The notes under the pieces: model-generated | Seen by the model: only the letters and a program-made list of their open reading frames with translations | What the model was told of the DNA's origin: nothing | The model's database searches: none | Part shown: positions 49,327-60,595 of the stretch, one piece after another | Position numbering within the stretch: position 1 is the first letter of the stretch | How the letters are laid out: each line of letters opens with the position of its first letter | Assembly (NCBI GenBank): GCA_016783665.1 | Contig: JADHWC010000003.1 | Location: 1,959 to 65,958 of the forward strand | DNA: 64,000 nucleotides | From: Fidelibacterota bacterium | Lineage (GTDB): Bacteria > Fidelibacterota > UBA2242 | Direction: 5' to 3' | Position numbers and translations under genes: made by a program

Positions 49327-51720
49327 TCATTTTCTAAATTTATAGGAAATCGAAATAAACCCATTCCGCGTCGCTCCGGGCCAATAATAGGCATAATAAC
49401 CGCCCCATTCATAGCCATACCCGTATGTTGAATACAATTTATTCAGGATATTATTCACCTTACAATTAACTTCAATATTCTTAAATACATACCGGATGCC
49501 GCCGTCCAGCAGCCAAAAAGCGTCATTGGTTCCGAGGTTTTGTTTGTCGAGATACTGTTTCCCCACATAGCGCATCGCAATGAAAAACGTCAGCTGATCA
49601 ATCGGATTCAATCGCAGACTGCCGTTAAATAATATCGATGGAACATTGGGAATGACCTTATCCTTACAGCTACCGCTCTGAAAAATATGCCGGCTTATGC
49701 TGCTGTTCAGGTTCACTGCCCAGAATGATGACGGCTGATAATTCAGTTCCAGTTCAATTCCCTGGTGCAATGTCGCGTCGGAATGATAATAGATGTACTC
49801 TCCCTCCTGTTCAACATCGATGTTTTTCAACTGCTCGTTTTTATAATTAATCCTATACAGGTTCAGGTCGAACTCGAATTGGCGGCTTCGATAACTGCCG
49901 CCTAATTCATAATCGTTTATCAATTCAGCTGACGCCTTCCGGGGAGTGCTCCATACATCGTCGGCTTCGATGATCTGATCGTCTGCCGGTTCGCGCTGGG
50001 CTTTCCCGTAATTCGCAAAGACGGATAACTCATCGGTAAATGAATATATCGCTCCAAAGCGTGGATTCACGAATCTCCACACCGCATCCAATTGATACCC
50101 GACGGCATGTCCGATCTTCTTCTGATCCATATTCCAGTGAATGTATTGATACTGCAGATCGGCAATCAGTTTCAATTTTTCAAGCGGTTCAAAAGCAAAG
50201 TGAGCGAAACCTGTTGTGATCAATTTTTCACCAATATAGTTATAATACCGATACCAGTCTTCGGAAATTAGAGACGATAAATCAGGATCGGAGAAATCAG
50301 CGATTTCACCGTAGTGATCACCGGTATAGAAACGAATCTCACCGCCGATATCCAGTCGATATTTATTACGAATATATGTCAGTGTCGGAATCATCCCGAA
50401 ATAGTTATTGACGATCCATTTCCTACGAGTAAAGCCCAATTCGCGGCTACTATATAAATCCCACGGGTAATCCGGATAATAATTATCAAGATTATAGGAA
50501 AACAGGAAATCTCTGAAATCGTCCCGGTCATCAGTTCCAATGTCATTGGTAAGATCATAACCGGATGACTTTTCGGTCTCGTAATACCCCTCGCCCATCA
50601 CAAGGTAAGCGACATTACTGAAGTGAAGACGATCGCTGATCCGCCAGAAGCTGTTCAAAGAATAGACCTGTTGTAAAAAGTCATCGATATAAGATTGATA
50701 ACCAGCGCGCCGCTTTTTACGGTCATTGATATCATCAGCAGAAACGCCGTCCCACATCAGATGACTTCGTTCATAGCCTATCAATGCCCTGAATTGATGA
50801 GTGAATTTAACACCGTCGTATTCAATCCCGACAGATCCGGCTTTCTGATCGGTATCATGAAAATCACGATAGCCTTCGGATTTAATCTGTGAAAGCCTTG
50901 CCGATAGTTTTACTCTTTTATTGAAAAGCGCTCCACTAGCGGCTTTTAGATGGATTTTCGACGTATTATACGAACCCGCGCCCACATTCAGTGACAATTC
51001 CGGTTTATCGGATCCAATCGATGTAATCACATTTATCGATCCTCCAAAAGCCGAAGCGCCGTAAAGGCTGTTGCCAATCCCGCGCTGTATCTGAACATCT
51101 TCGGCATCACTGAGAACATCGCCATGATCTACCCAATAGACCTGATGACTTTCATTATCGTTCAATGGCACATTATTCATCATCACGGCGATGCGGCTCT
51201 GATCGAATCCCCTAATCTGGACATAGGAATAACCGGTTCCGTTGCCGCTTTCACTGTAGGAATAAACACCCGGTTCCATAGCAAGTATCATCGGTAAATC
51301 TTCGACAGTGTAGCGGTTTTGAATTTCCTCAGCAGTAAGTTCCGAAAAGGCGACCGGTGTTTTTCCTTTCACGGCTCGTGTGGCAGTCACAAAGACATCT
51401 TTGCCCGTTAATACTTCCGGAACAAGATATATATCGCCGACAGTACTTTTTTTTACTAAAAATGTCGTATCCCTGAACGCAATGTGGGAAACGGTTATTT
51501 TACAGGGCAATATTGTGTAATTCAGCACAAAATCGCCGGACTCATTGGAGTAAGTTCCCTCACCGGTTTCAAGAAATATATTGGCATAATCAATCGGTTT
51601 TCCCGTTGACCGGGATACTATTTTACCGGTTATGAGATTTTCATTGCTGAATCCCACACTTGTGAAAAAAAGCGTAATTAGAATAAAAATGAAAAATGCG
51701 GAGAATGTTTTTTGGGTCAT
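49327..51720 (-). CDS. TonB-dependent outer-membrane receptor with N-terminal carboxypeptidase-regulatory-like domain
   Basis: 797 aa with a signal peptide, a CarboxypepD_reg-like beta-sandwich (GKIVSRSTGKPIDYANIF...SGDFVL), plug domain and a long beta-barrel. Confidence 0.8.
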   Translation of the reverse strand: MTQKTFSAFFIFILITLFFTSVGFSNENLITGKIVSRSTGKPIDYANIFLETGEGTYSNESGDFVLNYTILPCKITVSHIAFRDTTFLVKKSTVGDIYLVPEVLTGKDVFVTATRAVKGKTPVAFSELTAEEIQNRYTVEDLPMILAMEPGVYSYSESGNGTGYSYVQIRGFDQSRIAVMMNNVPLNDNESHQVYWVDHGDVLSDAEDVQIQRGIGNSLYGASAFGGSINVITSIGSDKPELSLNVGAGSYNTSKIHLKAASGALFNKRVKLSARLSQIKSEGYRDFHDTDQKAGSVGIEYDGVKFTHQFRALIGYERSHLMWDGVSADDINDRKKRRAGYQSYIDDFLQQVYSLNSFWRISDRLHFSNVAYLVMGEGYYETEKSSGYDLTNDIGTDDRDDFRDFLFSYNLDNYYPDYPWDLYSSRELGFTRRKWIVNNYFGMIPTLTYIRNKYRLDIGGEIRFYTGDHYGEIADFSDPDLSSLISEDWYRYYNYIGEKLITTGFAHFAFEPLEKLKLIADLQYQYIHWNMDQKKIGHAVGYQLDAVWRFVNPRFGAIYSFTDELSVFANYGKAQREPADDQIIEADDVWSTPRKASAELINDYELGGSYRSRQFEFDLNLYRINYKNEQLKNIDVEQEGEYIYYHSDATLHQGIELELNYQPSSFWAVNLNSSISRHIFQSGSCKDKVIPNVPSILFNGSLRLNPIDQLTFFIAMRYVGKQYLDKQNLGTNDAFWLLDGGIRYVFKNIEVNCKVNNILNKLYSTYGYGYEWGGYYAYYWPGATRNGFISISYKFRK

Positions 51721-51886
51721 GATAAGCTCCCTTCGCTGGTATTATCCAGATCAGGTTCAAAGGGTATTTTCTCAGCCGTTCACGTGTTAGTGAAAAGCAC
51801 CCCCAGAACTTCAGTTTTTAAATATCACAATTACAATTTAATAACTATTTATTACTAAAATCAAATAGTTTTCATAACAATATTAG

Positions 51887-51979
51887 CGGGAACGCCTGGG
51901 AGTCGAACCCAGCTCCCCGATTGTATCGGGGACAGCGATTTTGAAGACCGCGACACCCACCGGGGTTGCATTCATTCCC
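51887..51979 (-). tRNA. selC: Probable selenocysteine tRNA (tRNA-Sec, anticodon UCA)
   Basis: Minus-strand RNA GGGAAUGAAUGCAACCCCGGUGGGUGUCGCGGUCUUCAAAAUCGCUGUCCCCGAUACAAUCGGGGAGCUGGGUUCGACUCCCAGGCGUUCCCG, ~93 nt. It has a long variable arm (CCCCGAU-ACA-AUCGGGG), T-loop UUCGACU, anticodon loop CUUCAAA, discriminator G, and an extended acceptor stem with one G.U pair. Confidence 0.72.
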
Positions 51980-52796
51980 ATTGATTCCTTTGAATAACGA
52001 TATAATCAATATTATGCAATGCTTTGAGACGATTCCCCGCTTCTACGGCGTCTGCACGGGAATCATATCTTCCCACTCTGACGGATAACAGGTCCTGGCG
52101 ACCACCTTTGATTTTCTGAACGTAGGAATCATATCCGTAGGACTTCAACCTGTTTTTCAATATCAACGCATTCTGGGAATTTCCAAATGCTCCGACCTGA
52201 AGAGCATATTTTGGTTTGGAAACTTGTCGTTCAGGCGGTTTCACTCGTTCGACTTGTTTTACTTTTGTCGCGAATTGGTCTCCGGTAACATATGATGGCA
52301 CAGATTGATAATCATAAAACTGCAGGTCAAGATCGGGATATTTTTCCAGATAATGAGCATAATAATAATCAACGGAATCCTTTTTATTCATTACGTTGAA
52401 ACTGCACATTAACATATACACACAATTCCCGACATTTTCGCTGTCCGGATATTTCGAAATTAACTGTTTAGAGTATGTAATTGTCTTTTTGTATAAGCCT
52501 TTTGTATAAAGATACTCAATAATTTTTGTCAGGGCGTTATCGGCTTTTTTACTGTTCGGATACTGACTTAAGACATCTTTATAAATTAACAAAGCCTTAT
52601 CGCCTTCCGGTTCCACTAGAGCAGAAAGATACAAAACATCCGGATTATTGGGATAGTTGCTAATCAGCTGTGGTATCGCCAGTTTGACCAAATCAGCCTT
52701 ATCCTGATTTACATAATCATAATACTTCGTCAAATCCTGAGAAACCAGAATAAATGGAATAAGCAAGCAGATAATTATTGCGATTACATTTTTCAT
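51972..52796 (-). CDS. SPOR-domain protein with TPR-like N-terminal region
   Basis: C-terminal SPOR peptidoglycan-binding domain (YALQVGAFGNSQNA..L..RLK..GY.....K......RV..G...A); start set at internal Met MKNVIAII (TM/signal). Confidence 0.7.
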   Translation of the reverse strand: MKNVIAIIICLLIPFILVSQDLTKYYDYVNQDKADLVKLAIPQLISNYPNNPDVLYLSALVEPEGDKALLIYKDVLSQYPNSKKADNALTKIIEYLYTKGLYKKTITYSKQLISKYPDSENVGNCVYMLMCSFNVMNKKDSVDYYYAHYLEKYPDLDLQFYDYQSVPSYVTGDQFATKVKQVERVKPPERQVSKPKYALQVGAFGNSQNALILKNRLKSYGYDSYVQKIKGGRQDLLSVRVGRYDSRADAVEAGNRLKALHNIDYIVIQRNQWE

Positions 52797-53938
52797 AATT
52801 GATCTAAAATGGGGTCCTCTTTTCCACAAACCGGGCAAATCCAGAGAATGTCTTTGACCACATGTCCGCAATTCGTGCAGCGAACCTGGTTGATCGTACC
52901 AAATTTATATAAAATATCATTCAGCACATCACTGACTTCTTGTTCACGTTTCTGTGCAACTAATAATTTACAATATGCAATTTTGGCAATTACGGAAGTC
53001 GGGTTTGTTTCGATAAGATCTTCAACAAGTTCCGACGCTTTTTGTAGATCACCTTTTCTCTCATAAAAATTCGCCAGAGCAGTAATTGTCCGAACATCTC
53101 CCGGCTTACGTTTCAGGATATTCAGGTAAAAATTTTCGATATTGCCAAAATTTCCCAAGTTAAACAGAACTTTCTGAAGTGGATCAAATATCAGCCAGGC
53201 TTTGTCCGGCGCAACTTCCGCAAATTTCACCCACCATTCGACGGCATCCACTTCACGTCGATCTTTTACATAAGATTCCGCCATATAATAGTACGGCGCT
53301 TCACAAGCAGGATCAATCTTTATGGCTTTACGGAAAACCAATCTCGCATCGTGGTTTGCGCCACTTTCAAATTTCTCCAAACCTTCCTGAACTTTATAAA
53401 TCGCCATCAGACGTTTATTGGATTCTTTGCGAAAACGCAGAACCATTTCCATATATTCGGATGCTTTAGTCCATTTTCTGAGATCCCGGTATAAATGCCA
53501 GATTCTTTCCAGCGCCCACATATTTTTCTTTTCCACATCCAAAATAGTTAAGGCAACCGATAAAGCAATCCCTTTTTCGTCCAGTTCTACATAATCATCA
53601 ACGAGATTCCGCATAATATCCAGTTTTTGGGTTTTATCGATGTCCTGCCGGTAGAGCAAACCCTGATGCACTTTTACAGCGGCTTTTAATTTTCCGGTTA
53701 TACGAAGCAGATTTCCCAATTTGATATAGGCATCGATGTGGCTGGTGTCCTTATTTATGATTGCCTTCAATTCTTTAATGGCGGGTTCATATTCACCCTG
53801 AAGAATGTGGTTTAATGCCTGAGTATATAGGGAGGATTTCGGTTTTGTTACTGTTTTTCTACGACCAAAGATCATTCCAAATATTATCACCAGAAAAAAC
53901 AGTAATCCGACTGCAAAAACAATTTCAATGGTAGCCAT
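52793..53938 (-). CDS. LapB(YciM)-like protein: N-terminal TM helix, TPR repeats, C-terminal rubredoxin-like zinc ribbon
   Basis: 381 aa with TM, multiple TPRs, and terminal CTNCGH...CPVCGK, matching LapB domain order; lies downstream of a LapA-like gene. Confidence 0.6.
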   Translation of the reverse strand: MATIEIVFAVGLLFFLVIIFGMIFGRRKTVTKPKSSLYTQALNHILQGEYEPAIKELKAIINKDTSHIDAYIKLGNLLRITGKLKAAVKVHQGLLYRQDIDKTQKLDIMRNLVDDYVELDEKGIALSVALTILDVEKKNMWALERIWHLYRDLRKWTKASEYMEMVLRFRKESNKRLMAIYKVQEGLEKFESGANHDARLVFRKAIKIDPACEAPYYYMAESYVKDRREVDAVEWWVKFAEVAPDKAWLIFDPLQKVLFNLGNFGNIENFYLNILKRKPGDVRTITALANFYERKGDLQKASELVEDLIETNPTSVIAKIAYCKLLVAQKREQEVSDVLNDILYKFGTINQVRCTNCGHVVKDILWICPVCGKEDPILDQL

Positions 53939-53961
53939 AAATAGTACCTTTTATCCTTAGA

Positions 53962-54270
53962 TTATTCGTTTTCCTCGACGTCTTCAAGTTCCTTGTTTCT
54001 GAGTAAATCGACTTCTTTTTTTAATTTTTTATATTCCGAGTTTAACACGCGCTGTTTGTTTTTTTGTTCCAGAATTTGAACACCGGCAAGTAAATATCCA
54101 ATTAAAAATCCAATGACAAGCGATATCAGCAACACAATAATCATTTCTGTCGAAAATGAGTAGGAGTCAGTGAAAAATTTCAACGTAATTTTCTGACCAA
54201 CGTTTTGAACGACAAAAACCAAAAGAATTAAAATAACAAGGATTAGCGCCAAGAGTTTTAAATATTTCAT
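53962..54270 (-). CDS. LapA-like (DUF1049) small inner-membrane protein
   Basis: 102 aa with two TM helices and a C-terminal coiled-coil charged tail; immediately upstream of the LapB-like gene. Confidence 0.5.
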   Translation of the reverse strand: MKYLKLLALILVILILLVFVVQNVGQKITLKFFTDSYSFSTEMIIVLLISLVIGFLIGYLLAGVQILEQKNKQRVLNSEYKKLKKEVDLLRNKELEDVEENE

Positions 54271-54284
54271 ATCTCCCTCATGAA

Positions 54285-55583
54285 TTATTGAATTTTGCCA
54301 AATAAACTTACGCCTGCTGCATCGATAATTTGTACATTGACAATATTCCCAATGTCGGCGTTTCCTCCCTTTAAAATTACCAGTTTATTTGTATCAGTTC
54401 TACCAATTTTTTCATTACTATCTTTTTTACTGATGCCATCAACCAGGACAGATTGAACGGTTCCGATCAAGGCTCTGTTCTTTTGAAGAGTATGAACTTT
54501 CTGTTTTTCAATAACGGTATTAAGCCGCTCTGATTTCTCTTTTCCCGGAATGTCGTCTGGTAATTTAACGGCTTGTGTATTTGGTCTTGGTGAGTATTTA
54601 AACATATAAGCATTGTCAAATACCACCTGATCCATAACATAAAGCGTATCATTAAAATCATCCTGCGTTTCTCCGGGAAAACCGACAATGATATCAGTCG
54701 TAATACCACAACCCGGCATATATTTCCTGATTTTATCAACGACATTGAGATATTTTTCCTGTGTATATGTCCGGTTCATCGATTTTAATATTTTCGTTGA
54801 TCCGGCTTGAAGTGGAAGATGGACGTGTTTACAGATATTTTCATGTTCCCGCATGACTTCCAGCATCGCATCATCGATATCTTCAGGATGAGGTGATGTA
54901 AATCGTATCCGTTTAACACCGGGGATTTCAGCAACAGTAAGAAGCAAGTCCGGAAACCGGTTTTCTTCATAACAGTACGAATTAACATTTTGACCTAAAA
55001 GAGTGACTTCAACGTATCCGTCATTAACTGCCTGCCTCACTTCTTCAACAATACTTTTAACAGAGCGGCTTCTTTCTCTTCCCCGAGTGAAAGGGACAAT
55101 ACAATAGGAACAGAATTTATCACAACCCCGCATTATCGATATCCAGGCATTTACCCGGGTGTTCCTAAACGGCGTTAATCCATCGTAAACTTCCTGTTTT
55201 GATAAATGGACGTCAACAAACGGTAATTCATGTTTGTTTAGTAATTCCGGAATCTGTCTGTATGTGTCAGGCCCAAGAACCAGATCGATGAAAGGTTTCT
55301 CTTCTAATATTTTTCCTTTATCACGCTGGGCTACACAACCTACCAGTCCGAGTAATAAATCCGGATTTTGTTTTTTTAAATGTTTAAACTGTGATAGACG
55401 TGCTATCGCACGATTATCGGCGCCATGGCGTACACTACAAGTATTAACGAGAATAATATCGGCTTCTTCCGGTAAATATGTTGAAGTGTAATTCACTCTT
55501 TCCAGCAGACCTGCCATAATTTCCGAATCTGCTTCATTCATCTGACAACCATAGGTTTCTATATAATACTTCTTAGAATTCAT
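54285..55583 (-). CDS. miaB: tRNA-2-methylthio-N6-dimethylallyladenosine synthase MiaB (radical-SAM methylthiotransferase)
   Basis: N-terminal YIETYGCQMNEADSE, radical-SAM CDKFCSYC, and a C-terminal TRAM domain. Confidence 0.9.
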   Translation of the reverse strand: MNSKKYYIETYGCQMNEADSEIMAGLLERVNYTSTYLPEEADIILVNTCSVRHGADNRAIARLSQFKHLKKQNPDLLLGLVGCVAQRDKGKILEEKPFIDLVLGPDTYRQIPELLNKHELPFVDVHLSKQEVYDGLTPFRNTRVNAWISIMRGCDKFCSYCIVPFTRGRERSRSVKSIVEEVRQAVNDGYVEVTLLGQNVNSYCYEENRFPDLLLTVAEIPGVKRIRFTSPHPEDIDDAMLEVMREHENICKHVHLPLQAGSTKILKSMNRTYTQEKYLNVVDKIRKYMPGCGITTDIIVGFPGETQDDFNDTLYVMDQVVFDNAYMFKYSPRPNTQAVKLPDDIPGKEKSERLNTVIEKQKVHTLQKNRALIGTVQSVLVDGISKKDSNEKIGRTDTNKLVILKGGNADIGNIVNVQIIDAAGVSLFGKIQ

Positions 55584-55659
55584 ACACTGCGAAAATTAAG
55601 CAAATACAACTTATTATTAAAGCTGAATTAAATAATGAATAAAATTTGGATGAAGCTAT

Positions 55660-56580
55660 TTAGCGAATATAACCGGTAAAATAATAATCCAGAGGATTTT
55701 TATTTATATCATATTGACGAATCTCATAATGTAAATGGGAAGCTGTGCTTCGCCCGGTGCAACCGACTTCGGCGATTTTCTGACCACGTTTGACAACATC
55801 ACCCGGCTTTACTACTATTTTAGATAAATGCGCATAGAAGGTTGAATAACCATATCCATGGTCAATTTTAACAATTTTTCCGTATGTCCCGCCGCGGTTA
55901 GAACTTCTAACAACACCATCGGCAGTGGCATACACGGGGGTACCTGTTGGCGATGAAATATCAATACCATAATGAAATTGACGTGTTCCGGAGATGGGAT
56001 CTCTTCTGTAACCATAACCATCTGAAATGTACCCGGTATTTACCGGTCGGATCGACGGCGTCGACTTTATTTGAGGAGAACGATGCTTGACCGCATTGTA
56101 TATCTCCTCATAACTGATCCGTTCTAACTTGATTTCACGCGTCAAACGGTCAAGATCATTTGCTAAGTCAGATACTTTTATATTACCATCAGGTAAAAGG
56201 TTATCAATCTCATCACCTTGAAAAGTATATTTACCACCAATACCTAGTTTGCGAATATCTTTATCAATAACGGGGAGATCAGCGTAGGTGCGTAGAGCCT
56301 GGTCTTTTTCGGCAAGTATCTGAATTTCCGATTCAATTTGTTGGATTCTGTTTTTCAAATCATACAAAGTACCAACCAACTTACTATTATTCCTTTGTAA
56401 CCGGACAACTTTCGTTTTATAGATGATATCGGAAAATACATTGATACTAATTATAACGACAATGCTGAATAAAATAACAGAAACAACCCCAAATCCAATT
56501 AATTGACGATGGCTTAAGCTAACGGACTTTGGAGTTCTTTTTGTGTTCCAGATTAGAACAAACCGTGACTGTTTCTTCAT
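55660..56580 (-). CDS. M23-family peptidoglycan DD-metalloendopeptidase
   Basis: 306 aa with an N-terminal TM/coiled coil and C-terminal HxxxD...H.H LytM motifs (HYGIDI...HLHYEI). Confidence 0.8.
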   Translation of the reverse strand: MKKQSRFVLIWNTKRTPKSVSLSHRQLIGFGVVSVILFSIVVIISINVFSDIIYKTKVVRLQRNNSKLVGTLYDLKNRIQQIESEIQILAEKDQALRTYADLPVIDKDIRKLGIGGKYTFQGDEIDNLLPDGNIKVSDLANDLDRLTREIKLERISYEEIYNAVKHRSPQIKSTPSIRPVNTGYISDGYGYRRDPISGTRQFHYGIDISSPTGTPVYATADGVVRSSNRGGTYGKIVKIDHGYGYSTFYAHLSKIVVKPGDVVKRGQKIAEVGCTGRSTASHLHYEIRQYDINKNPLDYYFTGYIR

Positions 56581-56670
56581 TCTCCTGCTACAATTAAATT
56601 TATCTTTGACCTCGTGTTTTTTTTCAACACCTCATTTTAACAATTCAAAAACACATTGTCAATATTTTTA

Positions 56671-57534
56671 TTAACCTAAATATCCTTTTAATAATAGCGC
56701 TCGGGAAGCATGACGCAATTTTCTTAATGCTTTTTCCTTTATTTGCCGAACTCTTTCGCGAGTCAAATGCTGATGATTTCCAATCTCCTCCAACGTCATC
56801 GGAAGTTCTTGTCCGATACCGAAATACAAACGTATCACCGTTGCTTCTCGATCATCAAGACTTCGGAGCGCCCTTTCTATCTCCAGATGAAACGACTCTT
56901 CTTGCAATAATCTGCCCGGATCATTTTCATCCATACCGCTTAGGATATCCTGCAGAGTTCCGCTCCCGTCATGACCGATGGGCGTATTTATACTCATAAT
57001 CCCTTCGTTTAATTGTCTTGCAACCTCTAAATCAATATTCTCCTTTTCCAGGATCTCTTCAATCTCTTCTGCTGTCGGCTCTCGTTCATATTCCTGTTCA
57101 AATTCGTACGTGATTTTTGAAATCTTGTTTAAATTACCCACTACATTAAGCGGAAGACGTACTAATCGAGAATATTCAGATATCGATTGTAAAATTGTCT
57201 GACGTATCCACCACACTGCATATGATATAAATTTGAACCCACGGGTTTCATCAAACCTTTGAGCGGCTTTTATCAGACCGATATTTCCTTCATTGATCAG
57301 ATCTTCCAGTGAAAGCCCCTGATTTTGGTATTTCTTCGCGACAGATACAACAAACCGTAAGTTAGCGCGTAATAATTTATCAAGAGCCTGAGAGTCCCCC
57401 TGTCGAACTTTTGCCGCCAGTTCAATTTCTTCCTCGGGTGTCAACGGTTCTTCATGACTTATTTCTTCGAAATATTTCTGAAGAATGTGACTATATAAAT
57501 GAGGAAGGCTTTTTGATGACCTGCTCTTTACCAT
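56671..57534 (-). CDS. Sigma-70 family RNA polymerase sigma factor (compact RpoD-like, no region 1.1 or non-conserved region)
   Basis: 287 aa with region 2 (...YAVWWIRQTI...), region 3, and the region 4 helix-turn-helix (LTLEEIGNHQHLTRERVRQIKEKALRKLR). Confidence 0.85.
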   Translation of the reverse strand: MVKSRSSKSLPHLYSHILQKYFEEISHEEPLTPEEEIELAAKVRQGDSQALDKLLRANLRFVVSVAKKYQNQGLSLEDLINEGNIGLIKAAQRFDETRGFKFISYAVWWIRQTILQSISEYSRLVRLPLNVVGNLNKISKITYEFEQEYEREPTAEEIEEILEKENIDLEVARQLNEGIMSINTPIGHDGSGTLQDILSGMDENDPGRLLQEESFHLEIERALRSLDDREATVIRLYFGIGQELPMTLEEIGNHQHLTRERVRQIKEKALRKLRHASRALLLKGYLG

Positions 57535-57554
57535 TAAAATTGTTTTTTAGGGAA

Positions 57555-57941
57555 TTATTCTTTTTTGTCTTTGACATCAGTTTCGGTTGACTGCTCTTTT
57601 TTAGCCTGACTGGTTTTTTGAATGGTCTTATACAGTTTTTCTTTTTCCTTGAGTTTTTTTTCAAGATCTTGAATTACGGTCAAACAGGATTTAACAGTTT
57701 CATTTTTCTCGAAGTCTTTGGTTTTCTTATCAAGTATCAATTGATAAACCATACCACCGAGCTCAGCGAATTGTTTTTCAATATCTCTTTTAATCTGGAA
57801 GATGTCCAATTTTACTTTTCCTAATTTCGTGACTTCTTCGGCTTTATCGGCTGCTTCCCGAGTCAATTCACCGGCTTTATCGGCTGCTTTGCTAGCCCAT
57901 TCACCAAGACTTTTTTTTATGTCACCCCATAAATCAGTCAT
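57555..57941 (-). CDS. Hypothetical coiled-coil protein
   Basis: 128 aa, highly charged K/E-rich alpha-helical; upstream of the sigma factor gene. Confidence 0.4.
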   Translation of the reverse strand: MTDLWGDIKKSLGEWASKAADKAGELTREAADKAEEVTKLGKVKLDIFQIKRDIEKQFAELGGMVYQLILDKKTKDFEKNETVKSCLTVIQDLEKKLKEKEKLYKTIQKTSQAKKEQSTETDVKDKKE

Positions 57942-58027
57942 TTTTCCTCCTTTTTATTTTCCATTCGCAATATATCTTTAAAGATGATTTAAATCAAGTA
58001 TTTCATTGAATATTAAATATGTCGGAA

Positions 58028-58068
58028 CCAAATAAAAATGGGCTACCCCATATTTGGAATAGCCCATT
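58028..58068 (-). terminator. Rho-independent terminator after groEL
   Basis: On the minus strand: atgggcta...tagcccat hairpin followed by TTTTTATTTGG. Confidence 0.7.
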
Positions 58069-58085
58069 ATCTGATTATCTACCAA

Positions 58086-60025
<1,940 letters not shown>

Positions 60026-60047
60026 ATCATTTCTCCTTTCAAATTTT

Positions 60048-60074
60048 TTAGCACTCTAATATTTAAACTGCTAA
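60048..60074. promoter_or_regulatory. CIRCE-like inverted repeat (putative HrcA operator) upstream of groES
   Basis: TTAGCACTC-N9-AACTGCTAA matches the CIRCE consensus TTAGCACTC-N9-GAGTGCTAA at 15/18 positions (right arm AACTGCTAA 6/9); lies 23-50 bp upstream of the groES start. Confidence 0.55.
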
Positions 60075-60350
60075 AGTTACTTCTATTATTAACGTCAAGT
60101 CAACTGTTTTTCTCAGTATCTATTTTAATAATTAAAACGATTATTCTTGTGTATTATTTCAAAAAAGCGCTGTGTTACATACAAAGGTTGTGCCATTAAT
60201 TGTGCGGGACATTTAGTCATGCCGCTTTTAATATTTCATCAAGCAATGTGACAATTGGGCATCATAGACCTATAGATAATCCAACTAATATCGATTCATT
60301 CAGGACAGCGATATTCAACATTTTAATGAAAGTTATCATATGAAGGTTTG

Positions 60351-60423
60351 TACCCCCAACAGGACTCGAACCTGTGCTTCCGGCTCCGGAGGCCGGCGCT
60401 CTATCCAACTGAGCTATGGGGGC
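60351..60423 (-). tRNA. tRNA-Arg (anticodon CCG)
   Basis: Minus-strand RNA GCCCCCAUAGCUCAGUUGGAUAGAGCGCCGGCCUCCGGAGCCGGAAGCACAGGUUCGAGUCCUGUUGGGGGUA: canonical D-arm, anticodon loop CUCCGGA, T-loop UUCGAGU. Confidence 0.88.
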
Positions 60424-60595
60424 GTCAAATATCGAGCTAAAATTAATTGTTATTATTAAAACTCCCAAAAGAATTCCAGAATCAAAATTATAGCTAAATG
60501 AAAAACTCCAATTCAAAATCTCGAAAATCGCTATGAATTTTAACGATTTTTCTCTATCTTAAGCTGATTTTAGATAGTTAAATAAGGAGTTTACA

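Noticed and set aside
51887-51979. Reading the long-arm tRNA as tRNA-Ser or tRNA-Leu
   Set aside because: The anticodon loop clearly reads CUUCAAA (UCA), the acceptor is extended, and the discriminator is G, which fits Sec better than Ser/Leu. This is kept at moderate confidence because the D-arm could not be folded confidently by eye.
60262-60516. 84-aa minus-strand ORF
   Set aside because: It overlaps tRNA-Arg(CCG) and its translation (…APASGAGSTGSS…) is the tRNA read in-frame, so it is not a gene.
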